Shown: positions 39,791-50,658, counted from the first letter of the stretch. The stretch: 64,000 bases of DNA from Candidatus Algichlamydia australiensis (GCA_033977065.1 JAXCHI010000003.1:416001-480000); one strand, 5' to 3'. Notes: generated from the letters alone by a model not told the origin. A program made the numbers and translations.

Positions 39791-40873
39791 TTAATATTTT
39801 TCTTTTTCGTAGCCCTCGATTTCATCAAGGAGAGCGAGGTAAGATTCATAGCGTAGGGGAGAAATTTCGCCTTTTTCAAGCGCCTCTTTCACGGCACAAC
39901 CTGGCTCATGACGGTGAGTGCAGTTGGGATATTTGCAGGCGATTTTGCGCTCATTAATTTCGGTAAAGTAGCTTTCAATTTCTTGGGCTGTGAGCTCCCA
40001 CATACCAAAACTTTTTATGCCGGGCGAATCGACACAAAAACCACCATTTTCAATGGGGATGAGGGTGGTGCTAGTTGTGGTATGAGCCCCTTTTTTTGTT
40101 TTCTCAATCACATCTCCGACAGTGATCTCAAGGCCGAGCGCTTTGTTGATAAGAGAGCTTTTCCCTACACCCGATTGACCTGAAAAAAGAGAGGTTTTCT
40201 CTCTCATCGCCTCTTTTAGCGTCTCTATTCCTTCGCCTGTTTCTACACTGGTCATGAGTAGAGGGATATGGAGAGCTTTATATATCTCTTGCACTTGTGT
40301 GAGAAGGGGTCTCTCTTTTGGCGTGAGGAGATCGCTCTTGTTGACAATGATGAGCGGCGCCATATTGCCTTTTTTTGCAGCAATGATGTAGCGATCGATT
40401 AAGGCAGGTTTGAGGGGCGGGATGCCTACGGAAACAACGATGAGAACTTGGTCGATATTCACAGCAAGTAGCTGCTCTTTTTTTCCTTTGAAGTGTTCAC
40501 GGCGGGAGAGGTAGGAGTGGCGTGGGTCGACATGAACGATCGGAGAAAGTTCATTCTCCTTCGGGTAGAAGCGCACAAAGTCTCCAACGGCAACAAGGTT
40601 GCGTAGCAACTTTTTCTCTTTTTTGAGTGTTCCCTTAAGGCAGCACTCAAAGATTTTTTCTTTCGTAGTGACTTTAATGATCTCACCGTGGATAGAGAGC
40701 ACGCGGCCGCGCAAAAGGTTAGGGTCAGTAGGAGCCTCTATATCCTTTTTCTGGTCTGTTTTTTTAAATTTCGAGCGATCTTTTTTAGATATGCGTTTGC
40801 GCTCTTCACGCTCTTTGCGTTTTTTTCCTTCTCTATGAAATTGCTCTTCAAAATCAAGATAGTCGTTGCTCAT
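39791..40873 (-). CDS. rsgA: Ribosome small subunit-dependent GTPase
   Basis: VGDFV, NKSD, GQSGVGKSS, HTT, DSPG, C..C.H..EPGC. Confidence 0.95.
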   Translation of the reverse strand: MSNDYLDFEEQFHREGKKRKEREERKRISKKDRSKFKKTDQKKDIEAPTDPNLLRGRVLSIHGEIIKVTTKEKIFECCLKGTLKKEKKLLRNLVAVGDFVRFYPKENELSPIVHVDPRHSYLSRREHFKGKKEQLLAVNIDQVLIVVSVGIPPLKPALIDRYIIAAKKGNMAPLIIVNKSDLLTPKERPLLTQVQEIYKALHIPLLMTSVETGEGIETLKEAMREKTSLFSGQSGVGKSSLINKALGLEITVGDVIEKTKKGAHTTTSTTLIPIENGGFCVDSPGIKSFGMWELTAQEIESYFTEINERKIACKYPNCTHRHEPGCAVKEALEKGEISPLRYESYLALLDEIEGYEKEKY

Positions 40874-41595
40874 AAAGACCTCAATTGGTGGAGAAGGATT
40901 GAGCCGGCAATGGCCACGTTAAGGGAGTCAATCTCTTTGCGCATCGGGATAGTGATCCTTTCTCCGATTGAGGCAAGTTCAGAGCTTGGTCCGTGTGACT
41001 CATTCCCCAAGATAAGAAGGGCAGGTGTTTGCGGTTTTGTGAGTTGCTTGCCATCTAGATCAGCAATAAAAGTCGGGATTTTTTTGGAAAGTTCAAGCAG
41101 TTCTACCAGAGACCCTTGCTGGATGGCGATAAGAAACGTAGCGCCTTTGGCAGCGCGAAGCGCTTTGTCATTAAAAGGATCAGCAGAGCCTTCTGTAAGG
41201 AATACACCATCGGCTCCAAAGGCGTAGGCGGTGCGTATCAGGGTGCCGAGGTTACCGGGATCGGAGATCTTGTCGAGGGCGAGAAGGAGTTTTCCAGAAA
41301 TTTTTTGGTTTTTAGGAAGAGCGACTTCTGCAGCAATCGGTTCTGGTGAGGGAGTACCACTAATTTTTTTGAGAATCTCAGGAGTGACGATCAGCTGCTC
41401 CTCTGCTGAAAACTCCGTTTGCTCGTTAAGTGTCACAACGCGATTAAGTTGCGTGTGCGGAGCAATCGTTTGGACCATGCGTCTACCTAAGACAAAAGCG
41501 CTCTTCTGCTCCTCACGGTAGTGGCGCTTTTCCCGCAGTTTAACGAGGTGTTTGACAAGAGGATGTTGTAAACTCCCGATCTTTCGTGTATTCAT
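40870..41595 (-). CDS. TrmH/SpoU family RNA methyltransferase
   Basis: DPGNLGTLIR, LGNESHG, IPM...DSLNVA. Confidence 0.92.
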   Translation of the reverse strand: MNTRKIGSLQHPLVKHLVKLREKRHYREEQKSAFVLGRRMVQTIAPHTQLNRVVTLNEQTEFSAEEQLIVTPEILKKISGTPSPEPIAAEVALPKNQKISGKLLLALDKISDPGNLGTLIRTAYAFGADGVFLTEGSADPFNDKALRAAKGATFLIAIQQGSLVELLELSKKIPTFIADLDGKQLTKPQTPALLILGNESHGPSSELASIGERITIPMRKEIDSLNVAIAGSILLHQLRSL

Positions 41596-41604
41596 AAAAC
41601 TATT

Positions 41605-43491
41605 ATGGCAGAGAAGTGGATGGGTGACAAGAAAGAGGGATCGCTGGCCGCAAGAGTGGCGTGGATATCAATTCTTTTTTTGGTTGTTCCTCTTCTTATT
41701 TTTAGTTTTGTCGGTTATAAGATGGTCTACAACTCCCAGCTTCGTCACATTTTAGTGACAATGGAGATGCTAGAGCAGGGCGAGCGCGGTGTGATCGAAG
41801 AGTTTGTCAAAGGCCAAGATCAGGTTCTGGATGTTATGGCAAAAAATTTTGGTACAGATCCCATTACTTCTGAAGAGTTAGGAAGTTATCATGAGCTGAT
41901 TTCTGAGCATGAGGAGAGCCAAAACATCTTTTTTATTCAAAAGGGAATTTGCAAGGCAGCTTCGAATACAGCATTTGTAGGAAAAGATTTTACCGGCTTT
42001 TTGATGAATCGTACCCGATTGAAGGGAGGCCATGATCTCTTCACTTCCCCTCAATTTTTTAATCGAGGAGCGACGCTTCTTCTTGCAAAAGCGATGCCGC
42101 AAGGCTACCTAATGATCTCCTTTCCTCTTGATCGACTTTTGCGAGCGCACTCTATCGTTGATGATGAAGACTATCCTGTAAATTTCTCTCTTTTAAACCA
42201 ATTTGGTGAAGAGTTAGGCAGTACAAATCCTATCTTTGGTGAGCTTGTTTTTGCAGAGGGCGGAGTCCAAATGGAGATGATCGACTGGCAAAAAGTGCCT
42301 CGCATCAAGCAGGAAATTGACGCTTTTCGCTTCACTCTTGATGGAAAGAAGTGGGCGGGAATTATAAAACCTGTTGAAGATACAGGCTATCAACTTCTTT
42401 TTGCTATTGGTTCAGATTTTGCCTTTTTCTCTTTTGACCACTTTATCCGCATGCTTATTTTCTTTTTTGGCGCACTGATGTTGATTGGATTTCCCCTTGC
42501 CTACCTTTTTACCAAGCGGTTTTCAAAACCCCTAAAAGATCTATCGGAGGTTATGACTCTTGTGGGTAAAGGCAAGACGCATTATCGCTACGAGCCAGAT
42601 TCCTACGGTTTTGAGATCAATCACGCTGGACTTATCTTCAACGAAATGATTGATACTCTCCTTCATGCTCAGAGAGAAGGAGAAGAGCAACGTGTGGCCA
42701 ATCAGACGCTCTCAAAAGAGTTGGAAATTGGCCAAGAGGTGCAACAATCTCTAATTCCACAAACATTACCAGAAATCTCTGGTTTGCAGATGGTTGCGCG
42801 TTATCTGCCTGCAAAAGAAGTAAGCGGTGATTTTTACGATCTTTTTCAAAGAGAAGATGGCAAGTGGCTCATTGTGATGGCCGATATTTCAGGTAAAGGT
42901 ATTCACGCCTGCTTCTATGCTCTACTCCTGCGCAGTATGCTCCGCAGCTTTGCCAGCAAAAATGCGGATCTTGCTGAGATTGTCCAGCAGACAAATAAAT
43001 TGTTTGCCCTAGACACTGCGCCTCATGGCGTATTTGCTACGGTGTGGCTCGGAATTTTCGACCCCACAAGTTTCTCTCTAACGCACCTCAACTGTGGACA
43101 CCCTTCTGCCTATATTTTGCGCACCGGAGACAAAATAGAAGAGTTGAACAATCGCGCGATCTCACTTGGGGTAACAGAGCTCACCGATCTACCTATTCAA
43201 ACTACTGAATTGCAGCCAGGTGATCAGCTCTTTATTTTTACAGATGGTTTGTCAGAGATGCACAACTTAAAAAATGGGCTCTTCGGAGAAGAGCGTATAA
43301 AAGAGTTCTTAATTCAAAAAAGTGACCTCTCTTTTGAAGATTTTATTGCCGATCTTTTTGAGGAGCTTGCTTGGTTTTCTGAAGGTGCACCGCAGCACGA
43401 TGATCTCTCCTTCTTGCTCATCCGCCGGGCCAGTGAGAGGAGTCCCGAAGTCGTGCCACAATCTGATCCAAATCCTCTAGAGACTCATTAG
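41605..43491 (+). CDS. rsbU: Membrane sensor PP2C phosphatase (RsbU/SpoIIE)
   Basis: Two TM helices flanking an extracytoplasmic domain, HAMP, SGDFYD, DISGKG, FTDGL, DDLS. Confidence 0.88.
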   Translation: MAEKWMGDKKEGSLAARVAWISILFLVVPLLIFSFVGYKMVYNSQLRHILVTMEMLEQGERGVIEEFVKGQDQVLDVMAKNFGTDPITSEELGSYHELISEHEESQNIFFIQKGICKAASNTAFVGKDFTGFLMNRTRLKGGHDLFTSPQFFNRGATLLLAKAMPQGYLMISFPLDRLLRAHSIVDDEDYPVNFSLLNQFGEELGSTNPIFGELVFAEGGVQMEMIDWQKVPRIKQEIDAFRFTLDGKKWAGIIKPVEDTGYQLLFAIGSDFAFFSFDHFIRMLIFFFGALMLIGFPLAYLFTKRFSKPLKDLSEVMTLVGKGKTHYRYEPDSYGFEINHAGLIFNEMIDTLLHAQREGEEQRVANQTLSKELEIGQEVQQSLIPQTLPEISGLQMVARYLPAKEVSGDFYDLFQREDGKWLIVMADISGKGIHACFYALLLRSMLRSFASKNADLAEIVQQTNKLFALDTAPHGVFATVWLGIFDPTSFSLTHLNCGHPSAYILRTGDKIEELNNRAISLGVTELTDLPIQTTELQPGDQLFIFTDGLSEMHNLKNGLFGEERIKEFLIQKSDLSFEDFIADLFEELAWFSEGAPQHDDLSFLLIRRASERSPEVVPQSDPNPLETH

Positions 43492-44656
43492 CAGCAATGC
43501 GCTCCGCCTCTTCGAGCAGATGTCCCATCGACCTGCCGGGAGCAACGCCTTGCTCTTTGAGATGGTGAGAGCGGACGATTGGCTCGCGCATCTGGAGGCG
43601 CCAAATTGGTTTTTTTAACTCTTCAATGCGCGTTTTATGCTCTTGAAAAAGGCTTTCTCGCTTCTCCTCACTTTTTCTTGCTCCGATTACTTGTAAGATT
43701 AAAAGAAAGTGTTCGTGCGCATAGAGCTTTGCCCATTCATAGGCGTCTAGGATTTCTACTTTTGTTCCTAAAAGAGCCTCTTCAATTTTGTGGCTAAACT
43801 CTACAAAGGCACGATCTTTATTTGAGAGACGAAACATTTCGCAAACGGCTAGTTTTTCTTTAAGAGTAGCGCCAGGAAAGAGCTCGAGGACTTTGGCGAT
43901 GACAGGGGCATCGTCCGGAAATTCTGAGAGATGGCGCAGACGTGACTGGATCTCCTCCACGCTAGCTTCTTTGATTTCGGGAAAAATCTCTTGGAGGAGG
44001 TTGAGCCGGTGTAGTGTGACAAGTGCAGTATCAAAGTGGGCAAAGCGCGCCATTTTCACAAATTCTTGCCAGATGCGTTCATAGGCAACAGAAGGAAACA
44101 GTTGGTCAGCGTGGACTAAAATAGCCTGCATAGTGTCAGACTCAATCGGAAAGTGGAAGCGGCTGGAATAACGCACGGCTCGAATCATGCGCAGGCGATC
44201 TTCCAAAAAACGCTCATGCGGATTGCCAATCGCTCGTACAACACCTTTTTTTAAATCTTCTTTGCCGCCAACAAAGTCGTGCAGCTCTTCTTCAATCGGA
44301 TCGTAAAACATTCCATTGATCGTAAAATCGCGTCGCTTCGCATCCTCCTTTGGATCAGACGGCTCAATTCCCATCGGCCGACGCCCATCCTCATAGCCCA
44401 AATCTCTACGAAAAGTCGCCACCTCAAACTGGTGTTCATCTTCCACAACAACGACAATTCCAAAATTGACGCCGACAGGAATGGTTTTGGGGAAAAGGGC
44501 GATGACCTCATCTACGGAGGCACTTGTGGCAATATCGATATCATCAGAAGGGTGCTGCATCAAAAAGTCGCGCACCCAGCCGCCCGCAATATAGGCGGTA
44601 TGGCCGTGCTCCTTAAGCTTCTCGATAATGGATTTGGCTGTATTAAGTAGGCTCAC
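43418..44656 (-). CDS. CCA tRNA nucleotidyltransferase / poly(A) polymerase family
   Basis: GGWVRD, DIDIAT, EVATFR, RRDFTING, EDRLRMIRAVR. Confidence 0.9.
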   Translation of the reverse strand: MSLLNTAKSIIEKLKEHGHTAYIAGGWVRDFLMQHPSDDIDIATSASVDEVIALFPKTIPVGVNFGIVVVVEDEHQFEVATFRRDLGYEDGRRPMGIEPSDPKEDAKRRDFTINGMFYDPIEEELHDFVGGKEDLKKGVVRAIGNPHERFLEDRLRMIRAVRYSSRFHFPIESDTMQAILVHADQLFPSVAYERIWQEFVKMARFAHFDTALVTLHRLNLLQEIFPEIKEASVEEIQSRLRHLSEFPDDAPVIAKVLELFPGATLKEKLAVCEMFRLSNKDRAFVEFSHKIEEALLGTKVEILDAYEWAKLYAHEHFLLILQVIGARKSEEKRESLFQEHKTRIEELKKPIWRLQMREPIVRSHHLKEQGVAPGRSMGHLLEEAERIAANESLEDLDQIVARLRDSSHWPGG

Positions 44657-44679
44657 TTCCTCATTCTATCAGGGAAGAG

Positions 44680-45681
44680 TTATTGAAAGAAGAGGTGCGC
44701 TCGGGCTTCTTCTGCAGTAATGCGGTTTTCAGAATAGGGGTGGCCAAGTTTGTCAATTAGATCTTTTAATTTGGGGTTGATATAGGCTAGTGCGGGGTTC
44801 GTAATTAAACGCGGTTCTCGGAGATGGTAGAGGAGATAGTCCTGTTTGTCTTTGGCTCTACACACATGCCTTTTTGTTGCCATGTAAAAGAGAACGGTTG
44901 CAACTGAGTAGAAGTCTGCAGAAATATCGTACTCTGCTTTTTGCAACACTTCTGGTGCCATATTCGGAAGAGTACCGCATGAGGAGTAGCGTCTTTTATG
45001 GGATTTTTCAATGAACCGTGCCAAGCCAAGATCAAGTAACTTAATACCATCGGGTGTAATGAGAATATTCCGCGGTTTAATGTCGCGATGAATGAGTTGA
45101 AGGTTGTCTTTTTGGACATTGTGAATTGCTTGCAAACCCAGAAGAATTTCGCGAGCATATTTTTGGATTTGCGCAGAAGTAAAGCTGTTGCATTGGTTGA
45201 GTGTGATCGCTTCTGGGAAATACTCACTGATGGCTCCCACCAAAGTAAGGTTGAGATTTTGCTCACTCTTACTGTTTGCAAAAAGCTCTTGAAACTCCTC
45301 TGAATTCATCAATTTGAATTGAAGGATTTTGTGATCAAAGTAGAGGACGCGGAAGGTTTTCAAGACATGAGGCCCTAAATCAAGAAGAGAGAACCACTCT
45401 CCTCCAATCTGTTCATTTGTTACCTTGAAGCAGCGATGGTTTTCCTCTTTGGTTGCCGTCCAAAAGTTCACCATTTTGAATGCTGCTTGGGCTCTATTGC
45501 CTTCAGACGAAAGGTAGGAAAAGGAAAAAACTTTTGAAAAAGCTCCTTTTCCAATTTCCTTATTAAGCGTAATTTCGGGGTAAGCTTCCGCTAGTAGGTC
45601 TGTGATTTTTACAACCTCTTGAGTGCCTTCAGGAGGTTGTATAACAGCGTTGATGGCCTGGGCGGTTTCGACGCTAAGCAT
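44680..45681 (-). CDS. Eukaryote-like Ser/Thr protein kinase
   Basis: GKGAFSKV, AAFK, HRDIKPRN, DLG, GT..NMAPE, DFYS. Confidence 0.92.
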   Translation of the reverse strand: MLSVETAQAINAVIQPPEGTQEVVKITDLLAEAYPEITLNKEIGKGAFSKVFSFSYLSSEGNRAQAAFKMVNFWTATKEENHRCFKVTNEQIGGEWFSLLDLGPHVLKTFRVLYFDHKILQFKLMNSEEFQELFANSKSEQNLNLTLVGAISEYFPEAITLNQCNSFTSAQIQKYAREILLGLQAIHNVQKDNLQLIHRDIKPRNILITPDGIKLLDLGLARFIEKSHKRRYSSCGTLPNMAPEVLQKAEYDISADFYSVATVLFYMATKRHVCRAKDKQDYLLYHLREPRLITNPALAYINPKLKDLIDKLGHPYSENRITAEEARAHLFFQ

Positions 45682-46774
45682 TTACTTGAAAGAAGGGATG
45701 GTTTAGAGCTTCTTCGGCTGTGGGACGGTTCTCTGGCTCCTTCTGAGTCAATACCTTAATAAGATCGCGCAAATTGCTATCTTGAACAAGTTTTAAAAGG
45801 TTATTTTTTGCTTTTTCTTTTGGATCAGAAAGAAAGTTTCGAAGACAGTCGAGTGTATCTATGTTATTTCCATTCTCATCAAGGAGGGTATCTAGCCCTG
45901 TTGCCATAAACAGAAATGTGATTCCAAGAGAGTAGATGTCTACTTTGTAATTGTATCCTTCGTTAAAGAGTAATTCGGGAGCAGCAAATATGGGACTTCC
46001 TTTTATAGATTGTCTTTTTCGTTCTTTATCAGCCACTCGAGAAAACCCAAGATCAATAATTTTTACCTCTTTCCCATCTTGTGTAACAATAACGTTTTCT
46101 GGCTTCATGTCTCGGTGAATAATAGAGTGGCTATGAATGTCTTTCAAGCCTTTTAAGAGCTGTGTTCCATAGATTCGTACTTTTTCAGTTGATATTATTC
46201 CAAACTTATCTAGTGTTTTTGAGCCCTGAATATATTCGCTTACGGTACCAATAAGTGTGTAATGCAAATTTTCACGCTCTTCTTGAGAGATTTTCTGATA
46301 CTCTTGAAACTTTTCCGCGGAAAAAAGAAACACGTCCCGAGTTTTATTATTTAGAGCTATGGCATGTGAGGCCGACAGAACATGAGGACCGAATTTATCA
46401 AGTGCATTCCACTCTCCGCCAGGTCTTTTTCTTGTTAGACCAAATAGTTTTACATTTTTTTTACTTGTTGGATTAATTTCCGGCTTCACAAGTTTTAGTG
46501 CTTTATGCTCTCGGGTTTGTGTTTCTGGATTGAAGTGCTCCATAACAAGTACCTTGGAATAACTGCCTTCTCCAATTATTGTTTTCCCGAGTTTGCAGTT
46601 TGTGAAGTCCGTAAGCAGTCTGCTAGCTAACGTGTTTGGATAAGGGGACTTTCTGCCGTAAATAGTGTTTGCAAGCGTATTTGCTAAAGTTCTTTTTGCT
46701 CGCATATCTGCTAAATTTCTTCTGGAAGGGGGGCTAGCTTGACCTGTGGCTTGTAATGTTGTTAATGTTGTCAT
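45674..46774 (-). CDS. Eukaryote-like Ser/Thr protein kinase
   Basis: GEGSYSKV, ALK, HRDMKPEN, DLG, APE, DIYSLG. Confidence 0.93.
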   Translation of the reverse strand: MTTLTTLQATGQASPPSRRNLADMRAKRTLANTLANTIYGRKSPYPNTLASRLLTDFTNCKLGKTIIGEGSYSKVLVMEHFNPETQTREHKALKLVKPEINPTSKKNVKLFGLTRKRPGGEWNALDKFGPHVLSASHAIALNNKTRDVFLFSAEKFQEYQKISQEERENLHYTLIGTVSEYIQGSKTLDKFGIISTEKVRIYGTQLLKGLKDIHSHSIIHRDMKPENVIVTQDGKEVKIIDLGFSRVADKERKRQSIKGSPIFAAPELLFNEGYNYKVDIYSLGITFLFMATGLDTLLDENGNNIDTLDCLRNFLSDPKEKAKNNLLKLVQDSNLRDLIKVLTQKEPENRPTAEEALNHPFFQVNA

Positions 46775-46889
46775 TTTGTTTTATTGTTAATTATTTATTA
46801 ATTAAATTATAACAATATTTTAATTTTTATAAAACATAAATTATAAAGAATTTGTAATTCTTTTATTATCAGTTATTTATTAGTTAAGT

Positions 46890-47062
46890 CCTCTGTACTG
46901 GACAAAAATTTTGCCAAGAGGAGCAAAGCGAGCCAAAATCAAATCGAAGCAGCAGCGTTTCGAGCGACGAGTCCATAGCCCATAGTGCTATGGACGAGGA
47001 GGAGAATCGATTTGATAAAGGCGCAGCTCTCCCATTGGTGAAATTTTTGTCCAGTACAGAGG
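46890..47062. mobile_element. MITE family A, copy 2 (173 bp, inverted relative to copy 1)
   Basis: Same 22-bp TIRs; 7-bp direct repeat GTTAAGT at 46883-46889 and 47063-47069; 4 substitutions versus copy 1. Confidence 0.93.
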
Positions 47063-47101
47063 GTTAAGTCTCGTAGTAGAGGGCCAACATGAGCAAGAGC
47101 T

Positions 47102-47117
47102 GGGTAGCAACTTGAGT
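47102..47117. repeat. Solo family C terminal repeat
   Basis: GGGTAGCAACTTGAGT, identical to 49213-49228. Confidence 0.65.
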
Positions 47118-47290
47118 TTGTTCAGTGTCCCGTGAGAGAAGAGTTCGCACAGAGTACAAAAGATATTTCTTAGAGACACTTTTTGGATCAATTATAATTA
47201 TTTTTAAAGGTTGTGTATTTTTTATTTTTCTTAAAAAAATTTGCAAATCTGTTAGACTCCGATCTATTTTACAGAAGAATAGGAGTTGTG

Positions 47291-47803
47291 ATGATGAGAA
47301 AGTTGTTTGTTTTTTTAGGGCTGATTTGTGTAAGTTTGCAAGCGATGTCAGCTGATGCCAAATTGCAATCTATCAAATCGTATCGAAGTTTACCGTTTTA
47401 CAAAGGCGCAGATAAAATTATTCACGAGATTGTTTCTACTACTGCTAAGAAGAATGAAATTGAGCTTGGCTTAAGATATAAGAAGCATTTGGAAGAACTT
47501 GGAGATCGGATTGAGTTTACAGTTCATCCATTGCGTTTTTTAGGGGCAATCTTTTCAGATCCTGAGTTAAAAGTTTGTATGAGAACAATCATGCGCGGGA
47601 CTTGGTTTAAATGGCCAAACTTCATGGGATCAACAAAGAGACGTGGTGTGGTTAAAAATATGACGCGTGAGATGCGCAAACATAATATTTTTCCTCACCT
47701 CTATGGTTTTGCCCAGCATGTTAACGCTGACTACGATCGTATTTTATACTATGTAGAGCGCGAAGATTACGAGGGCCTAGTCAAGTATCTTATTAAACAC
47801 TAA
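47291..47803 (+). CDS. Exported hypothetical protein
   Basis: AGGAG RBS at 47281; signal peptide MMRKLFVFLGLICVSLQA; VHPLRFL motif. Confidence 0.7.
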   Translation: MMRKLFVFLGLICVSLQAMSADAKLQSIKSYRSLPFYKGADKIIHEIVSTTAKKNEIELGLRYKKHLEELGDRIEFTVHPLRFLGAIFSDPELKVCMRTIMRGTWFKWPNFMGSTKRRGVVKNMTREMRKHNIFPHLYGFAQHVNADYDRILYYVEREDYEGLVKYLIKH

Positions 47804-49085
47804 CAAGTTTTGGGCTTTTTGGGAGGAAAAGCGAGGGGCAGCTCTGTTCGAAGCATTCAGCTGTAAGGATCTTTGCACCGCGCTTTTCTTGTAGATAGAA
47901 AGCATTTCCAAACTCCCATTTTGGCATACCGTGGTGGGCAAGTGTCGGATCACTCGCTTCTGAGTGGATGCAAATTTGTCCTTTCGCAACGGCCATAAGC
48001 TCCATGGAAGTGAGACCACCTGATCTTGTAAAAGTTGCATTTGAGCGAAAAAAGAGGGGGGCAATGACGGCGTCGTCCTGGAAGGTCATGGGAATAACAG
48101 TGAGTTTTTCAGGATAGACGCGACAAGTGGTGATCAGGTCGTGTACACGTTTAAGTAAGCTTTTGGCTCCCGGTCTATGCGCATTGCAGAAGACAAAGAG
48201 ATGGTAGGGCTCTGCGTCGTTAGGAAGTTTTCTTAGCGTTTTAATAATATGGCGGATGTAGCGCAGAGTAGTGCACTCGGCAGGAATACTTCCTAGCATC
48301 AATGTAAAAACATGGTCGTTGGGCTGAATGCAAAATTTAAGGATAGCGTCTTGTAGCTTGTAGGGCGCGCCTCCTTTTTTTACAGTCTCTTCAATCAGAT
48401 GCTCTTCTTCTTCAGAATGAATTTGAATATTCAGTGTGAGAGGCTCTTTGACGCTCTCTTCATGCATGAATTTTTGAAAAGAGGGACGAAGGGGAGGGCT
48501 GTCGTATTTTATGCGGTAAGAGGGGAGGTTGCACGCCTCTTTCCAGAAGCCCCGGCTCTCTTGCAAAAGAGGAAAAAAGGTAATCAGGTCGATGTGTTTG
48601 CGGTCATGTTTTGAGAGATGCTTAATGGGGTCAAAAAAATGGGAGCAGTAGGGGGTTGGAAGCTCTGTGACGATTTTCTCCATGTGGATTTTTCGTCTTT
48701 TTAGTCGCATAACAAGGCGAGCCGCCTTCATGATCGAGGGAGTGAAGTTAGGTTGAGTGTCGATGATCAGTTCAATGTTGTAGCGAAAGAGCACGTAAAA
48801 TGCGTGCAGAAACATAGGAATCCAAAAAAGAATTTCACTCAGCCACTGGTATCCGATTAGTTTTAGTTGCTCTTTGACATCGCCATTTGCTTGCGCTGAA
48901 TTCCAGCGACGTACGCAATAGCTTCCCATTCGCTCGCCCATCCAGTCGAGCATAATATCCCGGACGATGAGCTTATGATTGGGATAGCGTTTTTTTGCTT
49001 CGATTTTTTTCGCTCTTGCAGCTTGAATATGGCCGCTCCCTCCGGAGGAGGTGAGGATTAAGATCCCGCGCTTTTTTTTTGTCAT
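47793..49085 (-). CDS. GT-B glycosyltransferase-like protein (GT28/MGDG-synthase-like)
   Basis: SSGGSGHIQAA, IIDTQP, TRSGGLTSME, WEFGNA. Confidence 0.7.
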   Translation of the reverse strand: MTKKKRGILILTSSGGSGHIQAARAKKIEAKKRYPNHKLIVRDIMLDWMGERMGSYCVRRWNSAQANGDVKEQLKLIGYQWLSEILFWIPMFLHAFYVLFRYNIELIIDTQPNFTPSIMKAARLVMRLKRRKIHMEKIVTELPTPYCSHFFDPIKHLSKHDRKHIDLITFFPLLQESRGFWKEACNLPSYRIKYDSPPLRPSFQKFMHEESVKEPLTLNIQIHSEEEEHLIEETVKKGGAPYKLQDAILKFCIQPNDHVFTLMLGSIPAECTTLRYIRHIIKTLRKLPNDAEPYHLFVFCNAHRPGAKSLLKRVHDLITTCRVYPEKLTVIPMTFQDDAVIAPLFFRSNATFTRSGGLTSMELMAVAKGQICIHSEASDPTLAHHGMPKWEFGNAFYLQEKRGAKILTAECFEQSCPSLFLPKSPKLVSV

Positions 49086-49109
49086 TAAGAACAAACAAAT
49101 AGGTTATTC

Positions 49110-49228
49110 ACTCAAGCTGCTACCCCTTTCCCCTTCTAGAAAGATCTTTTTTATGATCAGCGTGATTTAAAATTACATATCTCATCAAAAATCTCTCTCC
49201 ATAGAAGAAATTGGGTAGCAACTTGAGT
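49110..49228. mobile_element. MITE family C (119 bp)
   Basis: TIR ACTCAAGCTGCTACCC / GGGTAGCAACTTGAGT (15/16); 7-bp direct repeat GTTATTC at 49103-49109 and 49229-49235. Confidence 0.88.
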
Positions 49229-49266
49229 GTTATTCTTTTTTTAATTCAAATTGAGGAAGATTTCAA

Positions 49267-50658
49267 CTACTTCATTGTAAGGAGAAATTCCGCATTGCTA
49301 GATGTCTTTTTCAATCTTCCACTTAAGAGCTTCATTGCATCAACTGGAGAGAGATCGGCAAAGGCGCGGCGCAACTCATATATTTTATCCATCTCTTCAG
49401 GGTGGTAGAGAAGATCCTCTTTACGTGTTCCACTCTTTGGAATATTGATAGCTGGGAAGATGCGCAGTTCTGCCAAGCGGCGTTCTAGAACAAGCTCCAT
49501 ATTTCCGGTGCCCTTAAACTCTTCATAGATGACTTCATCCATTTTTGAGCCGGTATCGATCATTGCAGTAGCGATAATAGTTAAAGAACCGCCATTTTCA
49601 ATATTTCGCGCTGCACCAAAGAAGCGTTTTGGTTTGTGAAGGGAGTTAGCATCGACACCACCAGAAAGAATTTTTCCCGAATGAGGTTGGACGGTGTTGT
49701 AGGCGCGAGCAAGGCGTGTAAGGGAGTCGAGGAGGAGAACTACGTCTTTACCGCACTCAACCATGCGTTTTGCTTTTTCAATTGCCATATCGGCAACTTG
49801 CACGTGACGCTCAGGGGGTTCGTCAAATGTTGAAGAGACAACTTCTCCTTTTACAGAGCGCTGCATGTCGGTCACCTCTTCTGGACGTTCGTCTATAAGA
49901 AGAACCATAAGCTCGACGTCAGGATGGTTAACGGCAACAGAGTTGGCGATGCTCTGCATCAAAATTGTTTTACCCGACTTTGGCGGCGCAACGATCATAG
50001 CGCGCTGGCCCATTCCAATTGGGGCCACGAGATCGAGCACGCGCATGGAGATCTGCTCTTTTGTTGTCTCCATGATGTAACGCTTTTCAGGAAAGAGGGG
50101 GGTGAGGTTTTCAAAAAGGATGCGCTCACGTGAGAGCTCGGGGCTCTTCTCGTTAATGCGATCGACTTTATGAAGAGCAAAATATTTTTCCTTCTCTTTT
50201 GGAGAGCGGATGGTACCGTAGATATTGTCTCCTTTTTTCAGATCGAAACGGCGGATCTGCGCTGGTGAAACGTAGATATCTTCGGCAGAGGAGAGGTAGT
50301 TGTAGTTAGGAGAGCGTAGGAAACCGAAGCCGTCGGGGAGGACTTCTAAAATTCCCTCTGCAACAAGGATCTCTCCATGTTTTTGGGAGAGGCATTTGAC
50401 CACTTCAAAAACCATTTGGGACTTTGTGAGAGAGCCGAGATGGGTAAGACCTAGATTTTTAGCAAAGAGACTTAGCTGGTCAATATTCATGCGCTGCAAG
50501 TCGGCAATCCGCGTGATATTGGGCTCTCTTGCCGGCTCTTTTGGCCTTGCTTCAGCTTTCGGTTTTTTTTCAGGTAAATTTTCAGGGGGAGTCACAATTG
50601 GTGGGGGCGTTAAAGCGGGGGGAGGGGAAATTTTATGGTTAGAATTTTCTTCGCTCAT
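49267..50658 (-). CDS. rho: Transcription termination factor Rho
   Basis: [48 protein letters not shown]. Confidence 0.98.
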   Translation of the reverse strand: MSEENSNHKISPPPALTPPPIVTPPENLPEKKPKAEARPKEPAREPNITRIADLQRMNIDQLSLFAKNLGLTHLGSLTKSQMVFEVVKCLSQKHGEILVAEGILEVLPDGFGFLRSPNYNYLSSAEDIYVSPAQIRRFDLKKGDNIYGTIRSPKEKEKYFALHKVDRINEKSPELSRERILFENLTPLFPEKRYIMETTKEQISMRVLDLVAPIGMGQRAMIVAPPKSGKTILMQSIANSVAVNHPDVELMVLLIDERPEEVTDMQRSVKGEVVSSTFDEPPERHVQVADMAIEKAKRMVECGKDVVLLLDSLTRLARAYNTVQPHSGKILSGGVDANSLHKPKRFFGAARNIENGGSLTIIATAMIDTGSKMDEVIYEEFKGTGNMELVLERRLAELRIFPAINIPKSGTRKEDLLYHPEEMDKIYELRRAFADLSPVDAMKLLSGRLKKTSSNAEFLLTMK

